Positions 19,938 through 33,429 of a stretch of DNA of 64,000 bases are shown piece by piece (position 1 is the first letter of the stretch; every line of letters starts with the position of its first letter). The position numbers were made by a program, and so were the translations under genes. The notes beneath the pieces are model-generated. The model did not search any database and had not been told where the DNA came from. It saw nothing but the letters and a program-made list of their open reading frames with translations. The DNA is from the human T2T-CHM13v2.0 reference genome, Homo sapiens, in NCBI RefSeq assembly GCF_009914755.1, contig NC_060927.1, one strand, 5' to 3'.

Positions 19938-19996
19938 TTTTTCCTGTATCTTAAAAAGTATGCTATTTCTTCATTCTAGGAATTATTTCATCATTA

Positions 19997-20416
<420 letters not shown>

Positions 20417-21122
20417 TCATCTTTATTATCCTTCAGTTTTATTATGTCGCCTAAAGTATCACATCAACTGTCAAAAGGATAAAACAGGAAATATTCTCTT
20501 TGTAGTCTACTTTTAGCTTTCACAGAACACAATTGAGAATTCAGATCTCATTTCTCATTTCTTACCTATATGGCAAAAATAACAACATTTACAAAAATCC
20601 ATTTCAAAATTATTAGACAATATGAGAAGACAAATGCAAAGATACAGCAGGACTCTATACTGTAAGGATGATAGTCAAATTGAGTGGCAAAATCTTAGGC
20701 TATGATACTGCAGCTGACAATATCCTAGGTGATTTTTTTCTTTGAACTCAAGAATCTATGCATCTGTAATACAATTCTAAGAAAAAAAAGAGGAAATATG
20801 CCATTCTTATCCAGTTATTGAATAAAAACTTTATGTAACATTTTGTAATATCCCACGTTTTTAAAAGAACATATCCATTATCCTTTTATTTTTATGATGT
20901 TTTGTGCAGTTGTTCATCTTTAACCAGGGCCTATGGGTTCTCTTAATTTCAGAGAATTGCAAGTTGAGGCTGACAAGGATCTTTAGAATCAGAGTCAGGG
21001 CCTAAAAATCCTAGAGTTCATTTCAAAGTCCATTCCAGTTCATGACTCAAGTTCCTCCCATGGAAAAGTGATGGTCAGGATAGGGAAGGAGTTTAAATAA
21101 TGTCATGATCAAAATTAACTAA

Positions 21123-21665
21123 AGCAATGTGCTTCTGAAATTTTAATATGCATACTCATTACCTGAGGATCTTGTTAGGATAAAGACTTTGAATCAGTAG
21201 GTATATTAGCAGCTTGAGCTACCGTAACAAATTACCATAAACTGGAAATGGATGGTTCAAACAGAAATTTGTTTCTCACAGTTCTGAGGATTGGGAAGCC
21301 CAGGATCAAGATGCTGGCCAATTAAGTTCCTGCGGAGGGCTTTTCTTGTGGGTTGCAGATGGTGGCCTTCTCATTGTGTGCTCACCTGACTTTTTTTCTT
21401 TGAACACACATGCTGAGAGAGACAGCACTCTCTTATAAGGACACTAATTCTATCAGATCGGGGCCCAATGTTTATGCTTTCATTTAATCTAATTACCTGT
21501 TTATAAGCCCTATCTTTATAGTTACATTGGGCATTAGAATCTGGCTGGGGGATGTGATTCAGTCCATAGCAGTAGGTACTGTTGGGGTCTGAGATTCTTT
21601 CTGCATTTCTAACAAACTCTTAGGTGATTTGGATGCTGGTGGTCTTTGGACCACATATTGCATAT
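21123..21665. mobile_element. MER5A hAT-Charlie element split by MLT1A
   Basis: ttacctgaggatcttgtta…gaatcagtagg | gtaggtactgttggggtctgagatt…ctgcatttctaacaaactcttaggtgat…ggaccaca. Confidence 0.75.
21202..21571 (-). mobile_element. MLT1A/MLT1A0 MaLR solo LTR
   Basis: Reverse complement begins tgctatggactgaat. Contains ctcacagttctgagg and tcttataaggacactaat. 5-bp TSD gtagg (21197-21201 / 21572-21576). Confidence 0.88.
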
Positions 21666-23689
21666 TGGGGCTCTGAAGCCAAAGGCCCTAGGTTCTGCTA
21701 CAGGACAGAGTGAGGGTATTCAATGATGATGAGCAGGACAACTCACAGCTAGCAATGTTCATAAGGCCTGTTCAGAAATAATGCTGCTGCTATTAGCACT
21801 GTATAATATTTATATGTAAGATGTCACCAAAGAAAGCATGAAGACATGAAGAGAATCCCACAATGGCAGCCAATTATTCAAGAAATAACCTCAGGTGAAA
21901 CCGCCTCGAGCAGGGTGTCTTTCAGATACCTGAACCTTTTCTAAGCTATGCGAAATTCTCCAGATTAAATGTTCCACCCCTCCAAATCTGAAAGTCTATT
22001 TCCAAAATCCCCTTCTTTGGAACATTATTAAAAGTATGTTTTCAGCTAATGCAAAGAGACAAAAACATGAGTATCATAACAAGCAAGTAATGTTAGTACA
22101 TAGAAGGAAAATAAAACCTCACCTAAATTTCCAAATTGGTACTTTTATTCACTCTAAAGAGGTATGTGCAGCTTAAAAAAAATCAAGAATTGGGCCATTT
22201 TGCCATCATTTTATTTGGACTGCTAATGAGCATCACTAGCCAGGAAACATGGGAACTGACTTTACAAAAGATCTGCATAAAAATAAAAGGAAAAGGAAAA
22301 GACAAAAGAACCCCTGCCGGGACCGCATTTTGACAATTTCTTGCAAGAGAGGCTAGTTAATTCTGGGATCAGAAATACCAGTTTTCTCTAGTGATTATGT
22401 CAGTGGTTCTCAGAACTACTTTGGATATCTGCGCCTTTCTTTTCCTGGAGCATGAATTGGGCTTGTTTGGATGTGAGGTCAGGCCATAGTGCCCATATTC
22501 AGTTACCACCACTGGTATTAACTCAAAATAAAGCTCTGGAGGCTTCAACTGTAAATAGTGTAATATCCTTCTATTTATTCTGATTGAAATATGGCAAGCA
22601 CAAAAATAGTTATCTGATCTTCCATGGCTTGAACATGAGACAATCGTTTTTGGGATAATGCACAGACATTTTCAGGCACAGGTGACACAGCAAGAAGGAG
22701 TAACTTGAGGTCTCCATATTATAAGCACCTCTGAGAGTCTAGAATGAATGATGGCTTAGCTGCTCAGTCCTTTGTTTCCATAGCCTCAAACAGTACACCA
22801 GAAAAGCTTAAAATCTGCTGCCAGTATTCAATGTTTCCATTTCATTCCGCTTAAACCTTACCAAGGGCTAAGTTAACAAGGCACAAATCAGTGGTAGAGG
22901 ATTAAGCAAATATACTTTGCCTGAAGCTATCCTTCTGCATCAAAGAGAAAGTCAAGATGGTCTAAGTAGAAGCACAGGATAGAAGCGATTCTTTCCAGCA
23001 TTTTCTCTGCCTGGTTCTGTTTTCCAAGTGAATATTATTATTGAGCTGCTGCTTTTCCTAGAAGCTATGCAGGAAGATTAACTTGGATAGAAGCAAGAAC
23101 GTTTGTTAGCAGATTTGTTTAAAAGAGTTATCTTAATATTAAGAGATCTTGACCAGCAATTCTTTTGATTCCCAAGATCGAAATTTCTTGGTGATGTGTT
23201 GCTGGGGTTCTGGGCTGCAGGAACAGCAGGAGAAGAAGGACAATGAAAACTTAGATTGAGCTGAAGTGCTACAGTTGAATTTAACAGTCATTGAACAGCA
23301 ACTGAGATTGTGTTTAACTACTTCAGGGACACGTCTCTTGAGAAGTTCACTTGTTTCCTAAGTAGGGCATTTGAGTTGAATAATAAAGCCCATTTGAAGA
23401 AATGCGGACTTTGTCTCTTTCTACCCCTTAACTCCCTGTCCCAATCTCCTAGGATAGCCCCTCTGAATTGTAGTAGAGGAGAGGGTTGGAGAGGATAGAG
23501 CCTTCTCTCTCACATCAGGGCCCACACTGGACTTCTCCATGATCAGCCTAAATTAAACGGTTTTTTGCTTATTTGTTGCCTTGAGATGCTAACTGCAGCC
23601 CTGTACTGGGGACACAAAAATCTGGGGTAAGCAGGGCTATAATAGATTTATAGTGAGTATGGCACCTCTTACAGCCCCCTGCCTGCTTC

Positions 23690-24000
23690 AGGCATCTCCA
23701 ACTCCCTGTATTCAAAATTCAACTTGTCTGACCTCTCAAACTTAGTCTTTCTTCTCCATTCTCTCATATATTAATAATATCACCTTCCACCTCATTACCC
23801 AAGCCCAAATTCTTACTCATCTTCGACTTCTCTTACTTCCTATTTTCTACTTCTAGATGTCAGGATCATTTCACTTCCAAAACAGCTTCTGAATCCAGCT
23901 CTTCATTTTGATCCTGCTGCTTCTGTATCTCAGGACTTTATTATATTGCTGCAGAATTATTTCTACCCTTTATCTTAGGGCATTGCTGCCAGAATTGTCT
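23690..24000 (+). mobile_element. L2 fragment
   Basis: caggcatctccaactc…atcaccttccacctcattacccaagcccaaa…catcttcgacttctc. Confidence 0.55.
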
Positions 24001-24019
24001 TCTTTTGCACTTTACTATT

Positions 24020-26000
24020 CTTCTTCTAATTCCTTAAGTGGTATACATAAATTTTATTTATTTTCAGTCTTTTTTTACTTTCATTTTAATTTATCTAATA
24101 TACTAAAAGTATTTAAGACTGCATATTTCCCTTTGAGTACAATTTAGCTGTGTCCTATACACTTTGGTATGAATGTTTTCTTTTTTCTTACTGACTAGAT
24201 AACATTAAATTTTAGCGAGGATTTTCCTATTATTCAAGAGATAATTTAAAATAATGTTTCTTAATTTGCAAGTAATTAAACCTTTTTTGGTAATCATTTG
24301 TTGTTGATGACTTACAATACAACTGGATTATAATTAGAGAATAGGGCCTCTAATATAACTCTTTTGTCCTTCCAGCTGAATAATACTTTGGCTGGATGTA
24401 GAATTTTAGAATTATGTTTTTAACAATCCTTATAAATTTATTAAGAATTTCTTTATGTCTACAGGTGTCATTTCGGTGTTCTCTACATTCTAGTGTTTTA
24501 GATAATCAGTAAGTAACCTGTTCTATCAGAAGGTCTGTAAGATTTTTTTTCCCCTCTTTGAGATGTGGGAATTTCACCAAAGTATGTCTAAGGTTTGTTT
24601 GTTTTTCCTCTTAATTCATCCTCTAAGGCTCAGTGGGCCTTTTAATCTAAAGGACCAAATATTTCTTTAGCTTGGGTCCTACATTCAATTTTTCCTTCTG
24701 CTTTTGGCTTACCACTTTCCTTCCACCTGCTACTTCATATCTTCTGCATTCCCATGGTTAATATGGTAGATCCTCTGAATTTGTTCTCCAAGTCTCTTTT
24801 ATTTTTCCACGATTTCTACTTTTGAGGGCTAGTTCTGTGTCTTGAGGTATTTAACTCGATCTTCCAGAACACGAACTCTATTCTCAGCAGTGAGCATTCA
24901 TTTTTACAATTTGTCGACTGAATTTAAAAAATTCAGAAATATCATTCTTAGTTCTAGAAAGCCCTTCCTGTACTCTAATTATATCTTTGTTCTAATTACT
25001 TTTATTAATGTCTTCTCTCTTTCCATTAGTTCTACTATAAATAACGCTGCCATCCCTGGTTGCTCAGCCAGGTCTCTCTTCCCCTGGTTACAAGAGTCCT
25101 CTTAAGCTGGTTGCAATTTTTAATTGTTTTTTTCATTGCCTATTCATTTTTGTGTGCTCCCTCAATACCTGTACAGGTCTGCCTGTTGGGGTATTCTATC
25201 AGACAGGGCAGGGGTACAGAGGCAGGAGGTATGCCGGTAACTATTCTTGTGGGCCAGTGAACAACAAGCAGACAAACTGTTGCCCTTCTGCTAAGGCACT
25301 GATTGAATCCTTCCAAACTGGGACCAATACTGCCTATCGGGGAAGTCCCATTTCAGTCCGGGAGGGCCAGTAGTCAGTATGACTTGGTAACCTCATCAAA
25401 TTCCACACCCTGTAGTCAGGAGAGACATAGTCCCCTACTAAGGGGACAGACAGATGAGCTCCTTCAGGGAACTACAAAATCTAAGGCCTTCTCTTTGAAG
25501 AAGGGTGAGACTCCTCCTCTGCTGCTGGCTGCCAGGTGTTGCAAGATGCAATGGAACCAGAAGTCCTGAACTTGCTCTCCCTGACAGGTCCTCTGGACTC
25601 TCTAACCTCACTTTTGTTGGCCCCCGAGAAGGAAGTGAAAAAGACAGGGGGCAAGGGCTGTGGTTTGTCTCTGGCAGCCATCTTCTCAGAATCCATGTTG
25701 TCTCCTAAAGTGCAGGCGTGATGACCCCAACACCCTCAGTGGCCCTGCACCTTCTACAGCACAGCATCTGACCACTAATGCTTTTGAGCTATGCCCTCCC
25801 CCGGCTGGAGTTATCAGACCAGGCTCCTTCTCCGGTGTTTGCCATCATGCCAAGCTCCTCACATTCCCCAGATCCACACTGCAAATCCCTCAGACTCTCT
25901 CTGTACACAGTCCCCCACATCTGGAAGTCCCATCACTTTCCCTGTCTCTGACTTTTGGAATTCTTTTCACTCTCTAATCCAGGTGCCACTTTTTACAGGA
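24020..26000 (-). mobile_element. Old L1M fragment(s)
   Basis: ttccctttgagtacaatttagctgtgtcctatacactttggtatg, tttggctggatgtagaattttag, ggaatttcaccaaagtatgtctaag. Boundaries uncertain. Confidence 0.5.
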
Positions 26001-27120
26001 AGCATCAGTTGGAATTTATTCCTCCCTCTTTAGCGCCATCAGAGTTCTTGTTTGTTCCTTAGTGGCAGCACATAATCTGCCTTTTCTTAGATTTTCTGTG
26101 CAACCGTCTCCCTCTTCCACCCCAAACTCTAAATAACGTGAAGGCAGGTTCCAGGTCTGGATCTTTCTTCTCTCTTCCCACAGTGTCTTACATGAAATGT
26201 GCCCAGGCTTTGTAGCAGGAATTGACAATGGCAAGCAGTTACACTGGATATTAGTGGACCAATTCTGATTTTTTCTTACTCTAGGTGGGAGAAAGGGCCA
26301 GGAAGCTCTGGCTAAAGTTTTAAACAGAGGAACTGGTCCTGAACATCCAGGGATTTGTGGGCTTTCCCTTACAGAAAACGCCTCTGAATCCTACAGGAGG
26401 AACTTCTAATTATTTTCTCCCACCTCATGGTGATGTTATTGAACAGAGAGCAACGGGGTGTGGAATAACAGGGACCGTGGTTCTCTATAGCTGCTGAATT
26501 TCATGGAGTGCCTCCTTCTCAATTGCCTGGGAGTGTGAAGGCAGTAAAGCAGAAGATGGCTGACTTAGGAAAGACCCAGCCCAGAGGTGTGTGCTTTTCC
26601 AAAGACTTGTCACAATAAGGACCAAGGAAGATGAACTGTGAGGGGGAAATGCCTCTGACACTTCAGGAAGTTTGAAAAGATGCATTATGCTGAGAGGTAC
26701 AGTCCTGGGGGATGTTCAAGAGTTGGGGGTTGCTGTTTCAAAGGTGGCTCATTATACTAAAACAAGACTCACCCACTCATTCCCGATTACAGACTCCCAC
26801 CTCAGAGAGATATGCTGGAAATGGTGGTGGGGCAGTGGGAGCCACTGTACAAGAGTGGTCCTGTGGGAGAAGGGGAGGCAGCTGGCGGAAAGAGGAACCA
26901 CAACTTTAAATAACTCTAGAGAACTCTTCACCTGTCACCAGACCTCTATGTGACTCGGGAATGAGCAAAGAAAAGGCTGTCAGCTCTGTCCTTGACCTAG
27001 TCTCAACCATGGCTCTCCTTGTGAGCCCCTTGAAGTAGTTGTTCTCACTGTACCATTTTCTTGCTGTTGCTCTGGAAGCCATATTGCAGGCACCAAAGTA
27101 CAGAGATCAGTATTATTAAC

Positions 27121-27180
27121 TGTGTGTGTGTGTGTGTGTGTGTGTGTACGTGCGTGCGCATGCATGTACATGCATGTGTG
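27121..27180. repeat. (TG)n microsatellite
   Basis: About 13 perfect TG units followed by a degenerate purine-pyrimidine alternation. Confidence 0.92.
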
Positions 27181-27497
27181 TTATGGTAAAGGTATGTTAG
27201 CATGCTCTAAGCAGTCTTACGTGGGTGAAAATATACTGGCTTTTTCTGGTGAGGGGCCTGTGCCCCCTTTAAAAATCCCATTAAACACACTGTCACCTCA
27301 AATAGACCATTTAAAGGCAAGGGCCAGTGCCTGGCCCAGGGCTAGACACATAGCAGGCACTTGAAAAATGTGCTGAAAATGAAATAGTCAGTGTTTGGTG
27401 GAAAGGCAGGAATTCAGTCTGATTTTTTCTTGTCAGCTTTCACATGATTTATCAATTGCATTTCAATTCCTCTTTCCCTTTTCACAATTCCTGTCAC

Positions 27498-27684
27498 TTG
27501 TGTATGTGTGTAGGTATACCTGCATTTGTGTGTATATTTGTACATGTGTGCACCTGTATAGAAGTCTGTGTGTATGTATCTTATGTGTGTATGTCTATGT
27601 ATCTGTCAATATGTGTATATGTCTGCATATCTATGTGTATCTGTATATTTTCATTGTGTTTGTGGTTCTGTATGTATGTGTGTA
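27498..27684. repeat. Degenerate (TG/TA)n low-complexity tract, left of Tigger1
   Basis: tgtgtatgtgtgtagg…tatgtgtatatgtctg. The tract continues at 30097-30212. Confidence 0.75.
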
Positions 27685-30096
27685 CAAGCAAATCTTGCTT
27701 TATTAAGTTTTGTTTTCTTGCACTTTGCAGATATTGCATTTTTAACAAACTGCAAGTTTGTGGCAACTGTATGTTGAGCAAATCTACTGGCACAATATTT
27801 CCAGTAGAATGTGCTCTTTTCAGGTCTCTGTATTACACTTTGGTGTTTTAGAGATATTTCAAACATTTCATCATTATCATATCTGTTATGGTGATTTGTA
27901 TCCAGTGATCTTTGATGTTACTGTTTTGTAATTGTTCTGGGACACCACAGACATTGCCCATAAAAGATAGCAAACTTAATGGATAAATGTGTGTGTGTTC
28001 TGACTGGTCCACTTGCTAGCTGTTTCCCTCTCTCTCTCTCTCCTCAGGCCAGCCTATTCCCTGAGACAGCAGTATTGAAATTAAGCCAATTAACATCACT
28101 ACCATGGCCTCTAAGTGTTTAAGTGAAAGGAAGAGTCACATGTCTCTCACTTTAAATCAAAAGCTAGAAATGATTAAGCTTAGCGAGGAAGGCATATTGA
28201 AAGCCAAGGTAGGCTGAGAGCTAGGCCTCTTACACCAAACAGCCAAATTGTGAATGCAAAGGAAGAGTTCTTGAAGGAAGTTAAAGATGCTACTCCTGGG
28301 AACACACCGATGGCAAGAAAGTGAAACAGGCTTATTACTGAAAGGCAGGAAGTTTTAGCCATCTGGATAGAAGATGAAAACAGCCACACTATTCCCTTGA
28401 GCCAAGGCCTAACCCAGAGGGGGGCCCTAACTCTCTTCAATTCTGTGAAGATTGAGAGGGGTGAGGAAACTGCAGAAGAAAAGTTTGAAGCTAGCAGAAG
28501 CTAGCTCATAAGGTTTAAGGAAAGGAGCTATCTCCATAGCATAAAAGTTAAAGGGAAAGCAGCAAGTTATCCAGAAGATCTAGTTAAAATCATTGATGAA
28601 GGTGGCTACACTAAATAACAGATTGTCAATGTAGACAAAACGGTCTTACGTTGGAAAAAGATGCCATATAGGACTTTCATAGCTAGAGAAGAGAAGCCAA
28701 AGCCTGGCTTCAAAGCTTTAAAGGACAGGCTGATTCTCTTGTGAGGGGCTAATGCAGCCAGTGTCTTTAAGTTGATGCTGATGGTCATTTGCCATTCTGA
28801 AAATCCTAGGGCCATTAAGAGTTATGCTAAATTGACTCTGCCTATGTTATATAAATGGAACAACAAAGCCTGATGATGCCACATCTGTTTACAGCATGAT
28901 TTACTGAACATTTTAAGCCCACTATTGAGATCTACTGCTCAGAAAAAGATTCCTTTCAAAACATTGCTACTCATTGACAATGCACCTAGTCACCTAAGAG
29001 CTCTGATAGGGATGTAAAAGGAGATTGATGTTTTTGTGGCTAATACAACATCAGCCAGTGAATTAAGGAATAATTTCAACTTTCAAGTCTTATTATATAA
29101 GAAATATATTTCATAAGGCTATAGCTGCCATAGATAGTGATTCCTCTGTCACTATCTGGGCAAAGCAAATTGAAGATTCCTCTATCTCTATCTGGGCAAA
29201 GCAAATTGAAGACCTTCTAGAAAGAATGCAGCATTCTGAATGCCATTAAGAACATTCATGATTCATGGAAGGAGGTCAAAACATCAACATTAATAGGCAT
29301 TTGGAAGGAGTTGACTCCAACCCTCATGGATGACTCCTGGAGGGGGTTGGGGGAGTGGGGCTCAAGGTTTCAGTGGAGGAAGTAACACAGATGTGGTAGA
29401 AATAACAAGAGAACTAGAATTAGAAATGGAGCCTGAAGATGTGACCAAATTGCTGCAATCCCATGAGAAAACTTGAATAGATTAGGAATTGCTCCTTTTG
29501 GATGAGAAAAAATGTTTTGCTGAGAAGGATCTACTCCTGGTGAAGATGCCATGAACATGGTTGAAATAACAAAAAAGGGTTTAGTATATTATACAAACTT
29601 GATTGATAAAGCAGTGGCAGGGTTTGAGAGGGCTCCAAATTGGAAAGAAGTTCTATATGGATAAAATTCTATCAAGCAGCACTGCACGCTACAGAGAAAT
29701 GTTTTGTGAAAGGGAGAGTCAATTGATGTGGCAAACCTCATGATTGTCTTATTTATAGATATTGCCACAGCCTCCCTAGCCTTCAGCAACCACCACCTCG
29801 ATTAGTCAGCAGCCATCAACATTGAGGCAAGACCCTCCACCAGCAAAAAGATTACTACTACTCACTGAAGTATTAGATGATTAGCATTTTTTAGCAACAA
29901 AGTTTTTTTTTTAAGGTCTGGATATATATATTTTTAGACATACTGCTATTGCATACCAAATAAAACACAGCATTCTGTAAACCTAACTTTCATATGCACT
30001 GGGAAAATAAAAATGTTGTGTGACTGGGTTTATTGTGATATTCACTTTATTACAGTGGTTTGGAACTGAACCCACAATATCTCTGAGGTATGCTTG
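27685..30096 (+). mobile_element. Full-length Tigger1 (TcMar-Tigger DNA transposon)
   Basis: About 2.41 kb. Ends are TA|caagcaaatctt… and …gaggtatgcttg|TA, giving a TA TSD. Contains a transposase remnant. Confidence 0.95.
28104..29800 (+). pseudogene. Tigger1 transposase remnant (TIGD1-like)
   Basis: ATG at 28104 reads MASKCLSERKSHMSLTLNQKLEMIKLSEEG. DDE-region remnants gtcaatgtagacaaaac and ctactcattgacaatgcacct (LLIDNAP). Many stops. 3' end approximate. Confidence 0.8.
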
Positions 30097-30212
30097 TACA
30101 TCTGTATGTATATTTGTATATGTGCACATATTACATGTGTATATCTGTATATATGTGTATGTGTACATATGTGTGTATATGTCTACATGCATTCGCACGT
30201 ATATACATATCA
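30097..30212. repeat. (TG/TA)n low-complexity tract, right of Tigger1
   Basis: tgtatgtatatttgtatatgtgcacat…tgtgtatatgtct. Confidence 0.75.
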
Positions 30213-30628
30213 GATATCCACTATGAGTGGGAAATCAAATCATTTCATCATAGGAGCTAGACTGAAAAGAGTCTAAATGCCATCTTGCTTGAGTTTATTC
30301 CCTGAGTCTTACAGCACTGCTGGAGGAGGATGGGGAAAGGATAAAGAAGAGGTAGTTATTTTGGTGGGATGGGGTATAGGAGAACATACTGGTATGCTGA
30401 CGTTTGCCAATCAGTCTAAAGAGAGATACTGATGATATAGGAGAGAAGGAAGGGATAGCTAAGGAAAGGGAGTGAGAAGGGAGAGAATCTATTGCTCAGG
30501 GGAGGAGTCTGCCTTCAACAGGAGAATGGGCGAGTCTTCTACTAGTTTGGGAAGCTCTTTCCAAGTTGGGTGACACTGCTTCACTGCTCTCAGGACAGAA
30601 ACTGTAGTGGCAGACTTTGAAATGCCCC

Positions 30629-31152
30629 TACTATGGACTGAAATTTGCCTTCCCCCCAAAGTTTACATGTTGAATTCCCAACCCCCAACATGCCTGTATT
30701 TTGGGATAGAACTTTTAGGACACAGTTAAGGTTAAATTAGTTCATAATGGTAGGGTCCTAATTTGGTAGGACTGGTGTCCTTATAAGAGAGAGGGAGGGG
30801 AAGAGAGGGAAAGGGAGAATGGAGCGGGGGGAGAGGGAGGGAGGAGGGGGAGAAAGGGATGGATGGAGGGAAAAAGGGATGGATGGAGGGAGGGAAAAAG
30901 GGATGGATGGAGAGAGAGAGAGGGAGAGATCAGCCCCTGTCTCTCCACATGGAAGCACCAAGAAAAGACCGTGTGAGGACAGTGAGAAGGTGGCTGTCAG
31001 CAAGTCAGGAGGAGAGCCCACACCAGGAACAGACTCTGCCAGCACTTTGATATTGGTCATCTCTGACTCCAGAACCGTAAGTAATAAGTGTCTGTTGTTT
31101 AAGGCACCTGGTCTATGGTATTCTGTTCTGGAAGTCCGAGAAGACTAAGGCA
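30629..31152 (+). mobile_element. MLT1A0-like MaLR solo LTR with expanded GA-rich insert
   Basis: tactatggactgaa…ggactggtgtccttataagaga…gtgaggacagtgagaaggtggctgtc…tgttgtttaaggcacctggtctatggtatt…gactaaggca. Confidence 0.85.
30787..30929. repeat. Polypurine (GGA/GGAT)n tract
   Basis: Nearly pure G/A run containing three aaagggatggatggag units. Confidence 0.85.
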
Positions 31153-31559
31153 TTCTTCAATAACTCCCCCCATATGGCCATGGAACTATGGAAGAGCATC
31201 CTTCAAGGCCTACAGAGCCTCTAAGGAGTATCAGGATTCTGTAGTTTTTGCTTTCCAGTTCAAAGAGCCTCATTCCATGCACTTCTTGTGGTCTGCTGCC
31301 ATCCCATTCTACGTGGTTACTCAATCCCTCCATGTACTGCATTTAGAAAGCAGACCTAGCAAGAGAGTCTGTTTTGAGCACCAAAAAGTTGACATACAAA
31401 TCTATGTCAAAAGTTGGCATACAAATCTCTGGACCAGATGCCCAGATTATCACTCACTAGTCACAAAACTAGTAAGTGATAATCCGGGCATCTGGTCCAG
31501 AGATTGAATTCTTAACTCCATCCAGCCTTACCATGAAGACTAGGTAGCAGATGTGGGAG

Positions 31560-31700
31560 GAGGAAATAAGGAATCATAACCTTAAAGCAGATTAAACTCG
31601 CTGTGCCTTAGTTTTCTTATTTGTAATGTGGGGACAGTAATATTATCTTTTTAGCCTTGTTGTAAAGAATAAGAAAGTTAATGTATCTGTGGTAAACAGT
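31560..31700 (+). mobile_element. MIR fragment
   Basis: ctgtgccttagttttcttatttgtaatgtggggacagtaata…gttgtaaagaataa. Confidence 0.6.
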
Positions 31701-32544
31701 GTTGGCTCTTTTTTGCTGCCCTTCTCCCTCAAGTTCATCGCAGGTGATCCGAGGCAGTTTCTGAAGCAGAAGCAAGGACATCTGAGGTCTAAACATGAGC
31801 CTTTAAAAGAAATTACTTCTTGATTGTAACAGGAGAAGGAGATGGGAACAAGTGAAGCTGGGTGGCAGGTTTGAAGGTGGCAGGCGAGGGGTGGAAGGTG
31901 AGGAGGCCTGTTGGTTTCTGTATTCTTAAGTCAGTGTGAAACAAAGTCCTCAGCTGATGAGGAGCATGGAGAAGTGGCTGTGGTTGGTTTGTAAAGGATG
32001 CAGAAGGAATAAATTGTATGTCTAAGGGAAGGGCAAAATGAACCTTCTAGAGAAACCTAGTAAGCTTGCTGAGCAATATTGAGTGCCAATTTCAGTCTTG
32101 AGATCATGAATTTAAAGTGAAAACAGAGGCTTGATTGTGTGAATTTCTTCCAACATCCAGCAGCCCAGGTGCTGGCAGGGAGAAGGCATGGAGTTGCTTT
32201 CTGATTGATTGTCCTCATTTGCAGGGATGTGTGCCCACTGTGTACTGAAGTCTGCTTTTATACACAATGATTGTGCCAACTTTTCATAATGCATTACGTT
32301 AATAATGAAGGGAAATATACTAGAGTTCTCACCTTGCTGCAGCTTCATTTTCATTTTCTTGTCCCTTTCCCTTGATACTACATGTGTAAATTACCAGTTT
32401 ACGGTAATTTAATTTGTGGAATGCTTTGGACCAAGAACCCATTTTCTTAGTTTATGTGACTTTGGTTACTATATTTTCTTTTCATTACCCTATTAGGGTC
32501 TTAATCTCTGCCAAAGCAACAAAGGCACAAGATGGTAATGAACG

Positions 32545-32745
32545 CTGATACTTACAAAGCACTTACTATGTGCCAGGCACCACTCTAAGCACCTCACGTA
32601 GAGAAACTCACTTATTTCTCACAACAATCCCATTTTGCAGGGGGGGCACAGAGAGCTTAAGTAACTTGCAAGAGGTCACACAGAGAGTATCAGAGCTAGA
32701 ATTCAACCCAGGCAGCCTTGCCCTAAAATTCATGCTCAGTACCTC
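32545..32745 (-). mobile_element. MIR SINE
   Basis: gcacttactatgtgccaggcaccactctaagc…ctcacaacaatcccattttgcag…aagtaacttgcaagaggtcacacag…gaattcaacccaggcag. Confidence 0.85.
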
Positions 32746-32929
32746 TAAGTTTCTCTAAGTCACTCTTGAAAATAAGGTAAAACATTTGTGTTTCTTTAAA
32801 ATATTAACTTCCTAGAAAATTTATAATAGGCCCCATCTACCTCTAACGGTGCTATCTCCTTCCGTTTCTATCAGTTTACGTTTATCTCCCTCTTCCCCAC
32901 GTCACTAAGGATAAAAATTACCAGTACCA

Positions 32930-33085
32930 TCCATCCAGCCAGCTAGCCAGCATGTATTTATGAAGGCCTACCCTGTGTTAGCGTGGGTGAGATGAAGTTG
33001 ACCAAAACACTCTCCTTATATCCCCAGAACTCACAGTCTAGCGGGGGATCCAGATAAATGAACAGGCAAGTTACAACAAAGGATG
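32930..33085 (-). mobile_element. L2 3' fragment
   Basis: catccatccagcc…atgtatttatgaaggcctaccctgtg…gaactcacagtctagcggggga. Confidence 0.6.
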
Positions 33086-33429
33086 CAGATAAACCCCCAC
33101 AGGCACAAGGCCCTATGAAAAACAAGATACAAAAAGGGAAAGAACAGGTTGATGATGCTGAATTTATTTCAGCCTCTGTGGGAGTCCTTTTAGTGTCTGA
33201 GCAGATGCCAACTCATCTGATTGTGTTGGAGAAATACTGTGGCAACAAGATGCCAAGGACTGTGGTCATTTTGTTCTTGCATTTCCCGAACACAGGGAGT
33301 ATGGAATGCTGGGAACTAAAAGTGATATTCTGAGTTCACTTTTAGCAATTTTGTCTCTTTGTCTAAATGGGACATGGCCAGAGTTCCATGAATAAACTGG
33401 ACAGGGTCATGTCCTAGGTGTGTTTCTGG

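Noticed and set aside
27395-27866. Cys/Val/Tyr-rich ORFs that look like membrane or metal-binding proteins
   Set aside because: They are translations of a TG/TA low-complexity tract. The same applies to ORFs at about 12016, 30020, 36444 and 60220.
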